Below the pieces are notes generated by a model. That model was not told the origin of the DNA. It saw nothing but the letters and a program-made list of their open reading frames with translations, and ran no database searches. A program made the position numbers and the translations under genes. A stretch of DNA of 64,000 bases. Source: a virus. Below, piece after piece: positions 17,900 to 28,276 of this stretch (within the stretch, counting starts at the first letter, position 1; every line of letters begins with the position of its first letter). Location: IMG/VR virus record IMGVR_UViG_3300038620_000091. One strand, given 5' to 3'.

Positions 17900-19205
17900 A
17901 ACAGAAGAAGAGTTTAACCAAGACTTTTTTCCCTCTTGGGAAAAGGCAGACGAGCGGATTGTTTGTCCAGTCCCAAGAACGACAGAAAAGCATCCCGCAC
18001 AAACAGAATATTCGTTTGTGTATGTTCGTCTTTACCCGACCGGAAATAAGTACGTTCTATCTAAAACTCACCGAGATTGTGGGCGCGTCCCCGAGAAGTA
18101 CGTCTCAAGGCTCTACGAAAGCCCTGTGTACGCTTTTGACTATAAAAGGTGTAGACACCTTTCGGGCTTCAAAAACGTAAGAGACGTAAATCTAAAGCGT
18201 TTCATAGACGGTGAAGACCTTGTTAAAGTCAAGCTAAAGCACAAACGAAAGTTCAACAAGCTTGACTTTCCTCTAGACTTTGTTCCAATTTACAAGTTAA
18301 CGGATCAGCTTGCAAAGTACACGTCAAAAGCTTCAAAGGACGTGGGAAGTGAAACCTTTTCTTCTCTAGTATACCGAAACTATTTAAACACGGTTGTAGA
18401 GAACTTCCGGAAAATCGAGTCAAATGGCTTGTATGTAAATGAAAAGATGTGGAACAAAGAGCACGGAAAGCCACATCTTGTAGACGAAAATGGGCTAGCA
18501 TACAGCAATTACGATATATACACGTCCACCGGAAGACCGTCCAACGCTTTTGGAAACGTAAACTACGCGGCAATTAACAAAGAAGACGGGTCAAGAAAAA
18601 AGTACGAAAGTAGGTTCGAGGATGGAACGCTTGTAAATTTAGACTACGACGCTTTTCACCTTCGGCTTGTTGCCGAGCTTATCGGGTACGAGTTTGAAGA
18701 AAAAAGTGCTCATACGTATCTTGGAAAGAAATATTTTGACACTGAAAACCTAACAGACGAGCAGTATGAAGAAAGCAAGAAGCTAAGTTTCCGGTATCTT
18801 TACGGATCAACAGTTGAAGAGTCTTTAAAGTACGAATTTTTTCATCGATCTGAAAAACTCAAAAAGAAGCTTTGGAAGCTGTATAAGAAACACGGCTTTA
18901 TTGAGACTCCGGTATACAGAAGAAGAATACGGAACATTAAAAATCCATCAAAAAGTAAGGTGTTCAACTACCTTCTTCAGTCTCACGAAACGGAGGTGGC
19001 TTCGAAGTCTCTTCAAAACATGCTTTCTGTTTCCAAGAATAGAAGCGACGTATACATTAGCCTATATACATACGACAGCGTTCTTGTTGACATGAAAGAG
19101 TTTGACCGGGATCTAGTTGACAGACTTCGTTCGAAAATGGAAGTCCACAACCACCGGGCGAAAGTGTATGCTGGAAGTAATTACAACGAAATGAAGAAAA
19201 TATGA
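17880..19205 (+). CDS. short, divergent family A DNA polymerase-like protein
   Basis: TSTGRPSN; motif A LDYDAFHLRL; motif B SKKLSFRYLYG; FNYLLQS; motif C YTYDSV. Confidence 0.8.
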   Translation: MATKIVETEEEFNQDFFPSWEKADERIVCPVPRTTEKHPAQTEYSFVYVRLYPTGNKYVLSKTHRDCGRVPEKYVSRLYESPVYAFDYKRCRHLSGFKNVRDVNLKRFIDGEDLVKVKLKHKRKFNKLDFPLDFVPIYKLTDQLAKYTSKASKDVGSETFSSLVYRNYLNTVVENFRKIESNGLYVNEKMWNKEHGKPHLVDENGLAYSNYDIYTSTGRPSNAFGNVNYAAINKEDGSRKKYESRFEDGTLVNLDYDAFHLRLVAELIGYEFEEKSAHTYLGKKYFDTENLTDEQYEESKKLSFRYLYGSTVEESLKYEFFHRSEKLKKKLWKLYKKHGFIETPVYRRRIRNIKNPSKSKVFNYLLQSHETEVASKSLQNMLSVSKNRSDVYISLYTYDSVLVDMKEFDRDLVDRLRSKMEVHNHRAKVYAGSNYNEMKKI

Positions 19206-19417
19206 TTGTTGTTCTCAACGTTCAGGACCCTTCTGAAATGAAAGCCCGAAAAGAGTTTTACAGAGAAATGGAAGGTGGTCTAGATCCTACGTTTTATGAC
19301 GAGCCGTTTTACTATCATTCTGATACAAGCTACAACTTAGCTTGGGTTTCAAAAACGTATCTTTATCGCAATCAACAACTCGTGGAAAACGACCCGAAGT
19401 TTAAAGACTACATTTAA
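19202..19417 (+). CDS. small hypothetical protein
   Basis: ATGA overlap with the previous stop. Confidence 0.55.
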   Translation: MIVVLNVQDPSEMKARKEFYREMEGGLDPTFYDEPFYYHSDTSYNLAWVSKTYLYRNQQLVENDPKFKDYI

Positions 19418-19492
19418 CTGTGCATATTAAAAAGTTCTTTAGGCTTTGGCTACATATAAACGTATAAATTACATACAAACAAAAACAGTCAA

Positions 19493-19693
19493 ATGAACGA
19501 AACGTTCAAAAAGTTTTTAGGTCAATTAGTAAACGAGTGGTCTTACAGATGTGACAAAGGGTATCCAGACCCCACAAATGAACAAGACCTTTCGGTGCTT
19601 GAATCTGTACTAGAAGACTTCGAAACGCCAAGAGAAGTGCGAGAAGAAGTTATTGAAACTGTTCGAGCGGAAGCGAAGAAAGATAACTCTTAA
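19493..19693 (+). CDS. conserved phage hypothetical protein
   Basis: EWSYR..KGYPD..N...L..L motif; TA-rich promoter-like site upstream. Confidence 0.65.
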   Translation: MNETFKKFLGQLVNEWSYRCDKGYPDPTNEQDLSVLESVLEDFETPREVREEVIETVRAEAKKDNS

Positions 19694-19749
19694 CAAATCG
19701 TTTACCTTAAATACATATAAAGTGAATACACCCCAAACCGAGAAGTCAG

Positions 19750-20169
19750 TTGCAAACTCAGTTGTTACTTACGTTTACAGACATTTCTTCTATTGATGAA
19801 ACGATAGAAGAAATCCAAGATCATTACGAGGTCGCCTTTGATAAGATTTTCATTTTGCAGGATGAAAACAACCCAAAGGACATATACTGCACATATAATA
19901 TAGATACAGAGGCAGATAATGACCGGATGCACAAAACGATCTCCGTTCACCGGAAAAAAGAAACGAACACGATTTATACGATCAATGCGCTAAACAGCCT
20001 CATTGTTCGTCTAAACGATGGTGAACTTGACAAAGAGTATTCGGTTCCTTGGGAAAACTATCAAAACTGCATCCTGCTTAACGTTGGCGGGGAGCTTCGA
20101 GAGGTTCCTACCAACCTTTTTGATATCGAGCACACGTCTGTAAAAGAAGACGGCCCATACGATTTTTAA
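19750..20169 (+). CDS. conserved phage hypothetical protein
   Basis: LLLTFT, CTYNI, HRKKETNTIYTINALN and WENYQN motifs; TTG start. Confidence 0.7.
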   Translation: MQTQLLLTFTDISSIDETIEEIQDHYEVAFDKIFILQDENNPKDIYCTYNIDTEADNDRMHKTISVHRKKETNTIYTINALNSLIVRLNDGELDKEYSVPWENYQNCILLNVGGELREVPTNLFDIEHTSVKEDGPYDF

Positions 20170-20570
20170 GCTATTGCGTTTCTTCTTTTGATTTCTCTGT
20201 GTAGGGCGTCTATGTTGTTTCTTGAAAGCTCTAAAATACCATCCGGAGTTTCCCAAACAAGTCTTAAAACCTCATCTGCTATCACTTCTATGGGGTTCAT
20301 GTGCATTTGGTATTTCCGAAATGACCATCCAAACCGCCCTATGTCTTTTTTAGTGTACTCTGGCGGGGCATAAGTTTTCTTTCCCATCATAACCATTGAA
20401 GCAAAAATCGCTGGTAAGGTGATAAAGGGCATGAATGTAAACGTCGTGAGAAAGCCCAAGTCATTAAATTTAAGTTTGGGGAAGTCGTAATAGTGCTCAT
20501 GAACTATCATCCCCGGCACTACAATAACTTGAAAAATGTAGTAGACCACAAAAAAGCTTATTACACTCAT
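20166..20570 (-). CDS. putative membrane protein
   Basis: Two hydrophobic segments; own promoter-like motif at 20610-20637 (-). Confidence 0.6.
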   Translation of the reverse strand: MSVISFFVVYYIFQVIVVPGMIVHEHYYDFPKLKFNDLGFLTTFTFMPFITLPAIFASMVMMGKKTYAPPEYTKKDIGRFGWSFRKYQMHMNPIEVIADEVLRLVWETPDGILELSRNNIDALHREIKRRNAIA

Positions 20571-20597
20571 CTTTACTTCTTGGTTTTAGGTTAAATT

Positions 20598-20632
20598 AGC
20601 TTGCCTTCCTTAAACGAAGGCGAGCTTTTTTT
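20598..20632 (+). terminator. intrinsic terminator-like hairpin
   Basis: agcttgccttc...gaaggcgagct followed by a T run. Confidence 0.55.
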
Positions 20633-20645
20633 GTTTCACGCCGAT

Positions 20646-20684
20646 CTTCACAAACGCTTCATACAACCTTAATACTGTCTTCAC
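20646..20684 (+). promoter_or_regulatory. four 11-bp-spaced direct repeats CTT(C/A)A(C/T)
   Basis: CTTCAC 20646, CTTCAT 20657, CTTAAT 20668, CTTCAC 20679. Confidence 0.6.
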
Positions 20685-20774
20685 GAAGCTTTTCGCGTGT
20701 GCTCTATTTATAATTGCACATAAAGGGGAAACGGGAAACAAGATCACCGTTAGGTCTGATCCCAAAACCCTTTC

Positions 20775-20814
20775 GTTAACCCGTTAACACATTAACACGT
20801 TAACCCATTAACCT
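20775..20814 (+). repeat. five tandem 8-bp repeats RTTAACMC in the SSB leader
   Basis: gttaaccc gttaacac attaacac gttaaccc attaacct. Confidence 0.85.
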
Positions 20815-20835
20815 TTAAACTTTTACATCATATCT

Positions 20836-21696
20836 ATGAGTAGTTTCGATCTAGATACAAGTCGTATCAAAAGCACACTCAATCGCCTTCAAAACCGCAA
20901 GCAGCGTTCCAGCAACTTGTGGAAGCCAAGCGAAGGCGAACAGAAAATTCGGATCGTACCGAATAAGTACCAGAAAAACTTTCCGTTTGTGGAGCTAAAG
21001 TTTCACTATAATCTTCCGGGCAAGAATTACGTAAGTCCAGCGTCAGAGCCAATCGGTAAAAAGGACCCAATCGTTGAGTTCTGCAAAGAACTTCGTCGCG
21101 TCGGTGGCAAAGAGAAGTACGAAATTGCCAACGACATTGAGCCGAAGCCACGGACATTTGCACCCGTGCTCGTTCGCGGAGAAGAGTCCGAAGGCGTCCG
21201 GTATTGGGGATTTGGTAAGACGATTTACCGGGAGCTTCTAACGTATCTTGACGACCCGGATTATGGAAACTTCATTGACCCAACTGAAGGCATGGACATT
21301 AAGGTGAAGTACACCCCACGTGACCAAAGCCCAACGAAGTTTCCGCAAACGGACATTATGATTCTACCGAACCGAAGCCCGATCACCAACGACCCAGACA
21401 AGGTAGATGAGCTGATTGAAAATCAAGTTCACATTACCGACGTTTTCGACGTTCCAGAGTATGACGAGCTAAAGCGTATTCTGGAGGATTATCGTGACGC
21501 CGGGTTTGACAAGGAGAAGTACCAAAGTCAAGCCGTTGACTTTCCCGGAAGTGACAGCAGTTCTTCCGATGAAAACACTTCTTCCGAAGATTCCTCCGAA
21601 GACTCTTCCGACGAAGAAAGCGGTTCGGTCATGAGCGAAGAGTCGTCCGATATTGACGAGCTTGAAGAAGAGTTCGATTCGATGTTTGGCGAGTAA
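20836..21696 (+). CDS. single-stranded DNA-binding protein (T4 gp32-like)
   Basis: WKP..G...IRIVP, FHY, DPIVEF, VRYWGFGKTIY and G.DI motifs; acidic Ser-rich C-terminal tail. Confidence 0.88.
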   Translation: MSSFDLDTSRIKSTLNRLQNRKQRSSNLWKPSEGEQKIRIVPNKYQKNFPFVELKFHYNLPGKNYVSPASEPIGKKDPIVEFCKELRRVGGKEKYEIANDIEPKPRTFAPVLVRGEESEGVRYWGFGKTIYRELLTYLDDPDYGNFIDPTEGMDIKVKYTPRDQSPTKFPQTDIMILPNRSPITNDPDKVDELIENQVHITDVFDVPEYDELKRILEDYRDAGFDKEKYQSQAVDFPGSDSSSSDENTSSEDSSEDSSDEESGSVMSEESSDIDELEEEFDSMFGE

Positions 21697-21732
21697 CACG
21701 CTTTTTAAACGGCCTTTGAAAGCCAAAGTTTT

Positions 21733-21767
21733 CGCCCGTAGGCAGAAAAACCTACGGGCGTTTTATT
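21733..21767 (+). terminator. intrinsic terminator
   Basis: cgcccgtagg/cctacgggcg perfect stem followed by ttttatt. Confidence 0.75.
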
Positions 21768-21792
21768 CAAATCATCAAATCTTCAAACCTAT

Positions 21793-22971
21793 ATGTCAAC
21801 AGAAGATCAACTAGCAAGCACAATAAAAAGTAGCTTAAACAGAAGTAGCTCTTCTGGACAAAAAACAGCTTATTTTTTAAACGACGAAGATAACCCTTCA
21901 AACGTTCAAGAGTGGATTTCAACAGGTTCTACAGTCCTTGACATGCTTATTTCAAATAAAGAGGACGGTGGGCTTCCGGTTGGGAAGATTGTTGAGTTTC
22001 ACGGTTCGCCCGGTTCGGGAAAGAGCCTTATTGCAAGTCACGTTTTGGCCCATACCCAACGGAAAGACGGAATTGCGGTGTATATTGACACGGAAAATGC
22101 CGTTGACCCGCAGTTTCTAAGAACTATTGGGATTAAGCCAGACGAAGGTTTTGTTCTAGTTTCCGAACACCGGGTAGAAAAGGTGTTCGAGCACCTTGAA
22201 ACAATCGTGAAAAAAATCCGGGAAAAAGATAGCGACCGTATTGTTACGGTTGTTATTGACTCGATTGCCGGAATGACAACTGAATCCGAAGATACCGGAG
22301 ATTTTGACAAAGAAGGATTTGCGACAGACAAAGCCATTGTAATGAGCCGTGCTATGCGGAAAATTACCCGGCTTATGGGAGAGGAAAAAGTTCTTCTTCT
22401 CTTTACAAACCAAATCCGAGACAACGTAGGCACAATGTACGGAAAGCAGTACGTGGTGCCGGGAGGAAAAGCAGTTCCGTTTCACGCCTCTGTTCGCGTT
22501 GAGCTTCGAAAGTCAAAATCTATCACCGGAACAATCAATGGGCGTAAGCAACCTGTTGGGGCTACGATTCGCCCAAGGATTCGAAAAAACCGTCTTGCGC
22601 CACCGGGAAAGAGTTGCGAGTTTGAGCTTTACTTCAACTCCGGAATCGACGATGTTGGAAGCTGGTGGCCGATCTTGAAAGACAACAACTGGATTCAACA
22701 CAGTTCCAGAGGTTGGTATTACGTCGCAGACGAGCTTGACGATGATGGTAATATTGTCAAGTATTATCATCCAGACGGTCCAACAGAAGATAAAGACGAC
22801 GCAAAGAAGTTTCAAGAAGCTACGTTTAAAGACGAAGTGATTGAAAACGAAGAGTTCAAAGAATTTGTCTTTGAGCGCCTGAAAGAAAGTGTGTTGTTCT
22901 CCTACGACCAAGATTGGACCCGAAAAGACGTTGAGTACGTCATTGACGACGAATCCGAACCGGAAGAGTAG
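21793..22971 (+). CDS. recA: RecA/UvsX recombinase
   Basis: ISTGS..LD, GGLPVGKIVE, Walker A GSPGSGKS, YIDTENA, VVIDSIAG, NQIR, GGKAVPFHASVR. Confidence 0.95.
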   Translation: MSTEDQLASTIKSSLNRSSSSGQKTAYFLNDEDNPSNVQEWISTGSTVLDMLISNKEDGGLPVGKIVEFHGSPGSGKSLIASHVLAHTQRKDGIAVYIDTENAVDPQFLRTIGIKPDEGFVLVSEHRVEKVFEHLETIVKKIREKDSDRIVTVVIDSIAGMTTESEDTGDFDKEGFATDKAIVMSRAMRKITRLMGEEKVLLLFTNQIRDNVGTMYGKQYVVPGGKAVPFHASVRVELRKSKSITGTINGRKQPVGATIRPRIRKNRLAPPGKSCEFELYFNSGIDDVGSWWPILKDNNWIQHSSRGWYYVADELDDDGNIVKYYHPDGPTEDKDDAKKFQEATFKDEVIENEEFKEFVFERLKESVLFSYDQDWTRKDVEYVIDDESEPEE

Positions 22972-23067
22972 TAATTGTCTTATCGGTGCAACCTGAAAAA
23001 TCATTGGGGTTGTGTGTTTGCGATTGAAAGCGAGCATACAACCCCAAATTTATCCTACAAATGTCTT

Positions 23068-24138
23068 ATGAAAGATTCAACGTTTGACAAAATACTTCAA
23101 AAGATAGACAAAAAGAAAGAGCTTGAAGATTCTCAACATAAAAATAGCAGGATCTTAGTATGTGACGGGATGAACACGTTTCTTCGGGGCTTTCACGTCT
23201 CGACAACTACAAACAACGACGGTCTTCATATTGGTGGGATTACAAGTTTTCTTCAAAGCCTTGGGTATGCAATTAAGAAGTTTGAGCCTACCCGGTGTAT
23301 TGTCGTTTTTGACGGAAAAGGTGGAAGCCAAAAAAGAAGAAAGATTTATGAAGACTACAAAAAGGGAAGAAAGTCCGGATCTACGTCCAATCGGTTTTAC
23401 GATTTTCAAGGAAGTGAAGAGCAGATCAAAAAAGATAAGCGTAGAGAGGCGACAAGAATTGCCCGGTACATGAAGGCCCTTCCCGTCACGTTTATCATGA
23501 TTGATTCGATTGAGGCAGACGACGTGATTGCATACATCAAGACTGGAGTGTATAACACCGATGATAACGAAATTGTTATCATGTCAACAGATAAAGACTT
23601 CCTTCAGCTTGTAGACCGGAGAACGACCGTTTGGAGCCCGTCTAAGAAAAATGTATACGGCCCAACGGACGTTTATGACGAGTACGGAGTTCCCCCCCAC
23701 CAATTTATGCTTTACCGTACAATCGAAGGTGATACGTCTGATAACATTCCGGGAGTCCCGTATGTCGGTGAAAAGAGGATCAAAGATAAGTTCTCTGAGC
23801 TTATCAAAAAAGAAGATCGTGTGAATATCGACGAAGTTGTAGAATACGCCAAAGAGAGAACCGACGAGTCAACTACATATGAGCGCGTAGTTAACAACGA
23901 GAAGCTTCTAAAGAGAAATTGGAAGTTAATGCAGCTTCACGATGTAGATATCAGTTTATCGAAATCTAAACAAATCCGTGAAGCGTGCGAAAACGACAAA
24001 TCTACTCTTGACCGGATGCAGTTTCGGTCCCTCTATCAACAAGACCAGCTATGGAACGCCATTGATAACCCGAACCAATGGGTATATGATAGGTTTTCGA
24101 AGCTGGATCGGTTTGCAAAGCAAGAAGATAAAGAGTAG
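23068..24138 (+). CDS. 5'-3' exonuclease / RNase H (T4 rnh-like flap endonuclease)
   Basis: DGMN, VFDGKGGS..R...Y..YK.GR, EADDVI, STDKDFLQL, GDTSDNIPGV; likely start is ATG 23068. Confidence 0.92.
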   Translation: MKDSTFDKILQKIDKKKELEDSQHKNSRILVCDGMNTFLRGFHVSTTTNNDGLHIGGITSFLQSLGYAIKKFEPTRCIVVFDGKGGSQKRRKIYEDYKKGRKSGSTSNRFYDFQGSEEQIKKDKRREATRIARYMKALPVTFIMIDSIEADDVIAYIKTGVYNTDDNEIVIMSTDKDFLQLVDRRTTVWSPSKKNVYGPTDVYDEYGVPPHQFMLYRTIEGDTSDNIPGVPYVGEKRIKDKFSELIKKEDRVNIDEVVEYAKERTDESTTYERVVNNEKLLKRNWKLMQLHDVDISLSKSKQIREACENDKSTLDRMQFRSLYQQDQLWNAIDNPNQWVYDRFSKLDRFAKQEDKE

Positions 24139-24185
24139 AAGAAGAGCATTACCAGCAGACGAACCTTTCAACTCAAAACATAGAA

Positions 24186-25601
24186 ATGATTGAAGAAAAA
24201 GACAACCTTTCGAAGTTTGGAACAAGTTTTCAAACGAAGACGCTTGCTTCCTTGATATCAGACAAGCGGTTTATGGAACGAATGGTCGATATCTTAGACC
24301 CGGATTACTACGATAGCAATGCAAACCAGTGGATTTGCCAAAAACTTAAAGAGTATTGGGCAGAGTACAGAGATACCGCAAGTCTAGATTACTTTAAAAC
24401 CGAGCTTTCCAAACAAGACGACAAAGAGTTTCAAAGCGTTGTCATTCAAAGTCTTCGCAAAATCTACAAAAACCTTGACGCTAACGACCTTCAATACGTT
24501 AAAGACGAGTTTCTTGAATTTGCAAAAAATCAAGCGATGAAGGTCGCAATTGTTGAAAGTGTAGACTTGATGAAAGTTGGAGATTACGACCAAATCCGGT
24601 CCCGTGTAGACGATGCTTTAAACGCCGGGATGGATAAAAATGTAGGTCATATTTACACAAGAGACTTTGAAGAAAGAATCAAAAAAAGCGCAAGAGACAC
24701 CGTTCCTACGCCTTGGGAAATCATTAATGAAGTGATGGACGGGGGTCTTGGAAACGGAGAGCTTGGAAGTTTTGTTGGCGCTTCGGGAGCAGGAAAAACT
24801 TGGCTTCTTTGCGCTTTAGGTATGGCCGCTTTGAAGGAAGGAAAGATGGTTGCCCACTACACACTGGAGCTTTCCGAAGACCAAACCGGACTTCGATACG
24901 ATAGCATTCTTGGAGGAATAAACCCTACAGACGTTAGGCACAACAAAGACAAAATTAAGCCTTTAGTGAAAGAGCTAAAAGAGGGTGGGGGCGAGCTTGC
25001 TATTCAAGAGTGGCCTGCCCGGTCTGTAAGTACGTCAAGTCTTCGGGGCCATGTTGGACGCATGGAAACCCTTCACCGAAAGCCGGATCTTATCTTAGTT
25101 GACTATGCAGACCTTTTGAAAGCCGCAAGCGGGAAAAGCTACGATGGAAACAGCTACCAACGTGCAGGACAAATATACATCGAGCTTCGGGCACTTGCAA
25201 GCGAGCTTGAAGTCCCGATTTGGACAGTATCACAGGCAAACCGAGAAGGAAATTCTGCAGATGTGATTGGAGCAGAAATGATTGCCGATTCTTATCAAAA
25301 GGTTATGCACTCTGACTTTATTGCAAGCCTATCTAGAACTTCAGACGACAAAGAGCAAAATACGGCCCGGATTCACCTTATGAAAAATCGGTTTGGCCCT
25401 GATGGAATGACATATCCGGCTCACATTGATACCGAGCACGGTAAAATTGAAGTTTTCGAAAAGAACACCGATAAAGCCAACGAAATGATCCGGGACATGC
25501 AGAGACAAAGACAAAAGAACAAAAACGAAAAGATTTCAAGGCTTGCAGACGAGTTTCTTGAAAGCGGCAAGCTGACCGAGCAAAAAGAAATGGACTGGTA
25601 A
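24186..25601 (+). CDS. dnaB: replicative DnaB-like helicase (T4 gp41-like)
   Basis: GASGAGKT Walker A, YTLELS, ILVDYADLL, WTVSQANR, KNRFGPDG. Confidence 0.93.
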   Translation: MIEEKDNLSKFGTSFQTKTLASLISDKRFMERMVDILDPDYYDSNANQWICQKLKEYWAEYRDTASLDYFKTELSKQDDKEFQSVVIQSLRKIYKNLDANDLQYVKDEFLEFAKNQAMKVAIVESVDLMKVGDYDQIRSRVDDALNAGMDKNVGHIYTRDFEERIKKSARDTVPTPWEIINEVMDGGLGNGELGSFVGASGAGKTWLLCALGMAALKEGKMVAHYTLELSEDQTGLRYDSILGGINPTDVRHNKDKIKPLVKELKEGGGELAIQEWPARSVSTSSLRGHVGRMETLHRKPDLILVDYADLLKAASGKSYDGNSYQRAGQIYIELRALASELEVPIWTVSQANREGNSADVIGAEMIADSYQKVMHSDFIASLSRTSDDKEQNTARIHLMKNRFGPDGMTYPAHIDTEHGKIEVFEKNTDKANEMIRDMQRQRQKNKNEKISRLADEFLESGKLTEQKEMDW

Positions 25602-25668
25602 TTTTTACTATATACATACACGTACAATTTAAAAACAAATTATTAACAGAAGAAACGTCAAAAACAAG

Positions 25669-28233
25669 ATGGATAAAGAAGAGAACAACTTGAACAGAGA
25701 ACCAATTAGTTACGGTGAGGCCATGAATCAAAGTATGGATTACTTTGATGGTGGTTCGATGGAAGCTTCAAACTTTCTTAACAAGTATGCACTTCGGGAG
25801 GGGGAAGAGAAAGTGTATGAATACACACCCGACCACATGCACAAAAGATTGGCGGGGGAGTTTCACCGAGTAGAAAAAAAATACCCAAACGAAACAAGCG
25901 AAGAAAAGCTTTATGAGCTTATGAAAGACTTTGAAGGTCCGGTCCCGCAGGGTTCGGTTATGAGCGCATGTGGGAACCCGTTTCAAGTTATGAGTCTTTC
26001 AAATTGTTTTGTGGTCCGGGAAACGGATGCAGATTCTTACGGAAATATCTTAAAAACTGACCAAGAACTTGCCCAAATCATGAAGCGTCGTGGTGGGGTT
26101 GGAACTGACCTTTCTCACCTTCGACCACGGGGAACAAAAGTCCAAAATGCAGCCCGAACGTCAACAGGTGCCGCTAGTTTTGCTCACAGGTATTCAGACA
26201 CGACCAGAGAAGTAGCACAAAACAACCGAAGGGGAGCGTTGATGCTTACCATTGACTGCAGGCACCCCGACGTTGAAGAGTTTGTGAATTTGAAAGCTCA
26301 AGACGAAACGGCTGTTACGGGAGCTAATATTTCCGTGAAGGTCCGCGATGAGTTTATGGAAGCAGTAGAAGCAGAAGAAGAGTATACGCTTCGTTGGCCT
26401 GTAGAGTGCGACCCGGAAGAAGCCGATGTAACAAAGAAAATTGACGCGAAAGAACTTTTTCAAAACATCGTCAAAAACAACTACGGTCCCGGAGACATTC
26501 CGGGTGGAGAACCGGGAACGATTTGGATTGACCAAATTCACCGGGAAAGTCCCGCAAACCAGTATCCGGGAATGAAAGAAATTTCAACCAACCCGTGTGG
26601 AGAGGTTCCCCTTCCAGATGGAGACGCTTGCAGGCTTCTTGCAATCAACTTGTTTGCCTACGTAGAAAATCCGTTTGAAGAAGACGCATACTTTGATTTT
26701 GAGCGGTTTGCAGAAGAGGTCCGGTACTCTCAACGAATGATGGACGATATTGTAGACCTTGAAATCGAGGCCGTTGACCGGATTCTTCAAAAAGTAAAAG
26801 ATGATCCTGAAGAAGAAGTTGTAAAGGGCATAGAGAAGCACCTTTGGAAAAGAATCAAAGAGCAGGCGATCAACTGGCGTAGAACCGGGCTTGGAACAAC
26901 CGCACTAGGAGATACGCTTGCAGCACTTGGATACAGGTATGCAAGCGACGAAAGCTTCGAGGTTGTAGACGAAATTTACAGGACACTCAAGCTTTCAGCG
27001 TACCGTGAGAGCGTAGAACTTGCAAAAGAAAGGGGAGCGTTCCCAAGTTGGGACGAGTCCGTTGAAAGCGAAGAGAACCCGTTCTTATGGAGGATTAAGC
27101 AAGAAGATCCCGAGCTTTTCGAAGATATGATGAAACATGGGCGTCGAAATGTTGCGATTCTAACAAACGCCCCAACTGGAACAGTATCTACGCTTTGCCA
27201 AACCACGTCTGGCATTGAAAACATGTATGCCCCGTCTTTCTTTAGAAAGAGAAAAATCAATCACGACGAAGACGTTGAGCCGGATTACGTAGACGAAACC
27301 GGAGACGAGTGGATTGAATTTCCCGTCTTCAAAGAGAAGTTTAAGCTTTGGATGGAGAAAAACGGCTACGATACTGATAACGTCGAGCAGTACAGCCCCG
27401 AAGATGTAGACCGGATGAAAAAAGAAAGTCCATACGACGGTGCGACGGTCGAAGACGTGGATTGGAGAAAAAAGGTTGAGCTTCAAGGCGTAATTCAACG
27501 CCACATTGACCACTCCATTTCCGTCACAACCAATCTTCCAGAAGACGTTCCGATGGACGTTGTAGAAGATGTTTACATGCGAAGTTGGAAGTCCGGGTGC
27601 AAAGGCTGCACAATCTTCCGGGACGGTAGTAGAGATTCGGTACTTTCAAACGAGTCCGTAAAAGATCAAGACGGGAAAATTAGCCACACCGACGCCCCTG
27701 AGCGCCCGGAAGTTCTTGATTGCAAGATTCACCAAATCCGCTACAGAGGCGACAACTGGAAAATTCTTGTTGGCTTCTTAGAGGAAGATCCATACGAGGT
27801 GTTTGCAATTAAAACAGGTGGAGATACAGGCGTAAATATCCGCTTTGTCAACTCCGAAAACGAAGGATTCGAGCAAGGCAAAATCCGCAAGCACGGTGGC
27901 GGTGTTTACGACCTTGAAGCTAAAGACGGAAAGGTCGTGATCGAAGACATTAACAGCTACGCCCCTGACGACGAAGTGCGGGGAATGACAAGAATGCTTA
28001 GTCTTTCCCTTCGTCACGGAACACCGATCCGGTACGTAATCGAGCAGCTTGAAAAGGCAGACGGTTCAATCGTTTCCTTTACACGCTCTGTTCTTCAAGC
28101 TCTACGGCAGTACATGCCGGATGGTGAAGAAGCCACAAATGGCGAAACATGCATCGAGTGTGGATCTGAAAACGTCATTTACGTCGAAGGCTGTCTTAAA
28201 TGCCAAGATTGCGGAAGTGGAAAATGTGGCTGA
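25669..28233 (+). CDS. nrdJ: adenosylcobalamin-dependent (class II) ribonucleotide reductase
   Basis: SLSNCF, RRGALM, TNPCGE, APTGT, KGCTIFRDGSR; C-terminal LRHG domain and CxxC..C..C..C zinc ribbon; no beta subunit nearby. Confidence 0.9.
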   Translation: MDKEENNLNREPISYGEAMNQSMDYFDGGSMEASNFLNKYALREGEEKVYEYTPDHMHKRLAGEFHRVEKKYPNETSEEKLYELMKDFEGPVPQGSVMSACGNPFQVMSLSNCFVVRETDADSYGNILKTDQELAQIMKRRGGVGTDLSHLRPRGTKVQNAARTSTGAASFAHRYSDTTREVAQNNRRGALMLTIDCRHPDVEEFVNLKAQDETAVTGANISVKVRDEFMEAVEAEEEYTLRWPVECDPEEADVTKKIDAKELFQNIVKNNYGPGDIPGGEPGTIWIDQIHRESPANQYPGMKEISTNPCGEVPLPDGDACRLLAINLFAYVENPFEEDAYFDFERFAEEVRYSQRMMDDIVDLEIEAVDRILQKVKDDPEEEVVKGIEKHLWKRIKEQAINWRRTGLGTTALGDTLAALGYRYASDESFEVVDEIYRTLKLSAYRESVELAKERGAFPSWDESVESEENPFLWRIKQEDPELFEDMMKHGRRNVAILTNAPTGTVSTLCQTTSGIENMYAPSFFRKRKINHDEDVEPDYVDETGDEWIEFPVFKEKFKLWMEKNGYDTDNVEQYSPEDVDRMKKESPYDGATVEDVDWRKKVELQGVIQRHIDHSISVTTNLPEDVPMDVVEDVYMRSWKSGCKGCTIFRDGSRDSVLSNESVKDQDGKISHTDAPERPEVLDCKIHQIRYRGDNWKILVGFLEEDPYEVFAIKTGGDTGVNIRFVNSENEGFEQGKIRKHGGGVYDLEAKDGKVVIEDINSYAPDDEVRGMTRMLSLSLRHGTPIRYVIEQLEKADGSIVSFTRSVLQALRQYMPDGEEATNGETCIECGSENVIYVEGCLKCQDCGSGKCG

Positions 28234-28276
28234 AGCTTCATTGAATCTTCAAACTAATTAGCAAAACGAAAAGAGC

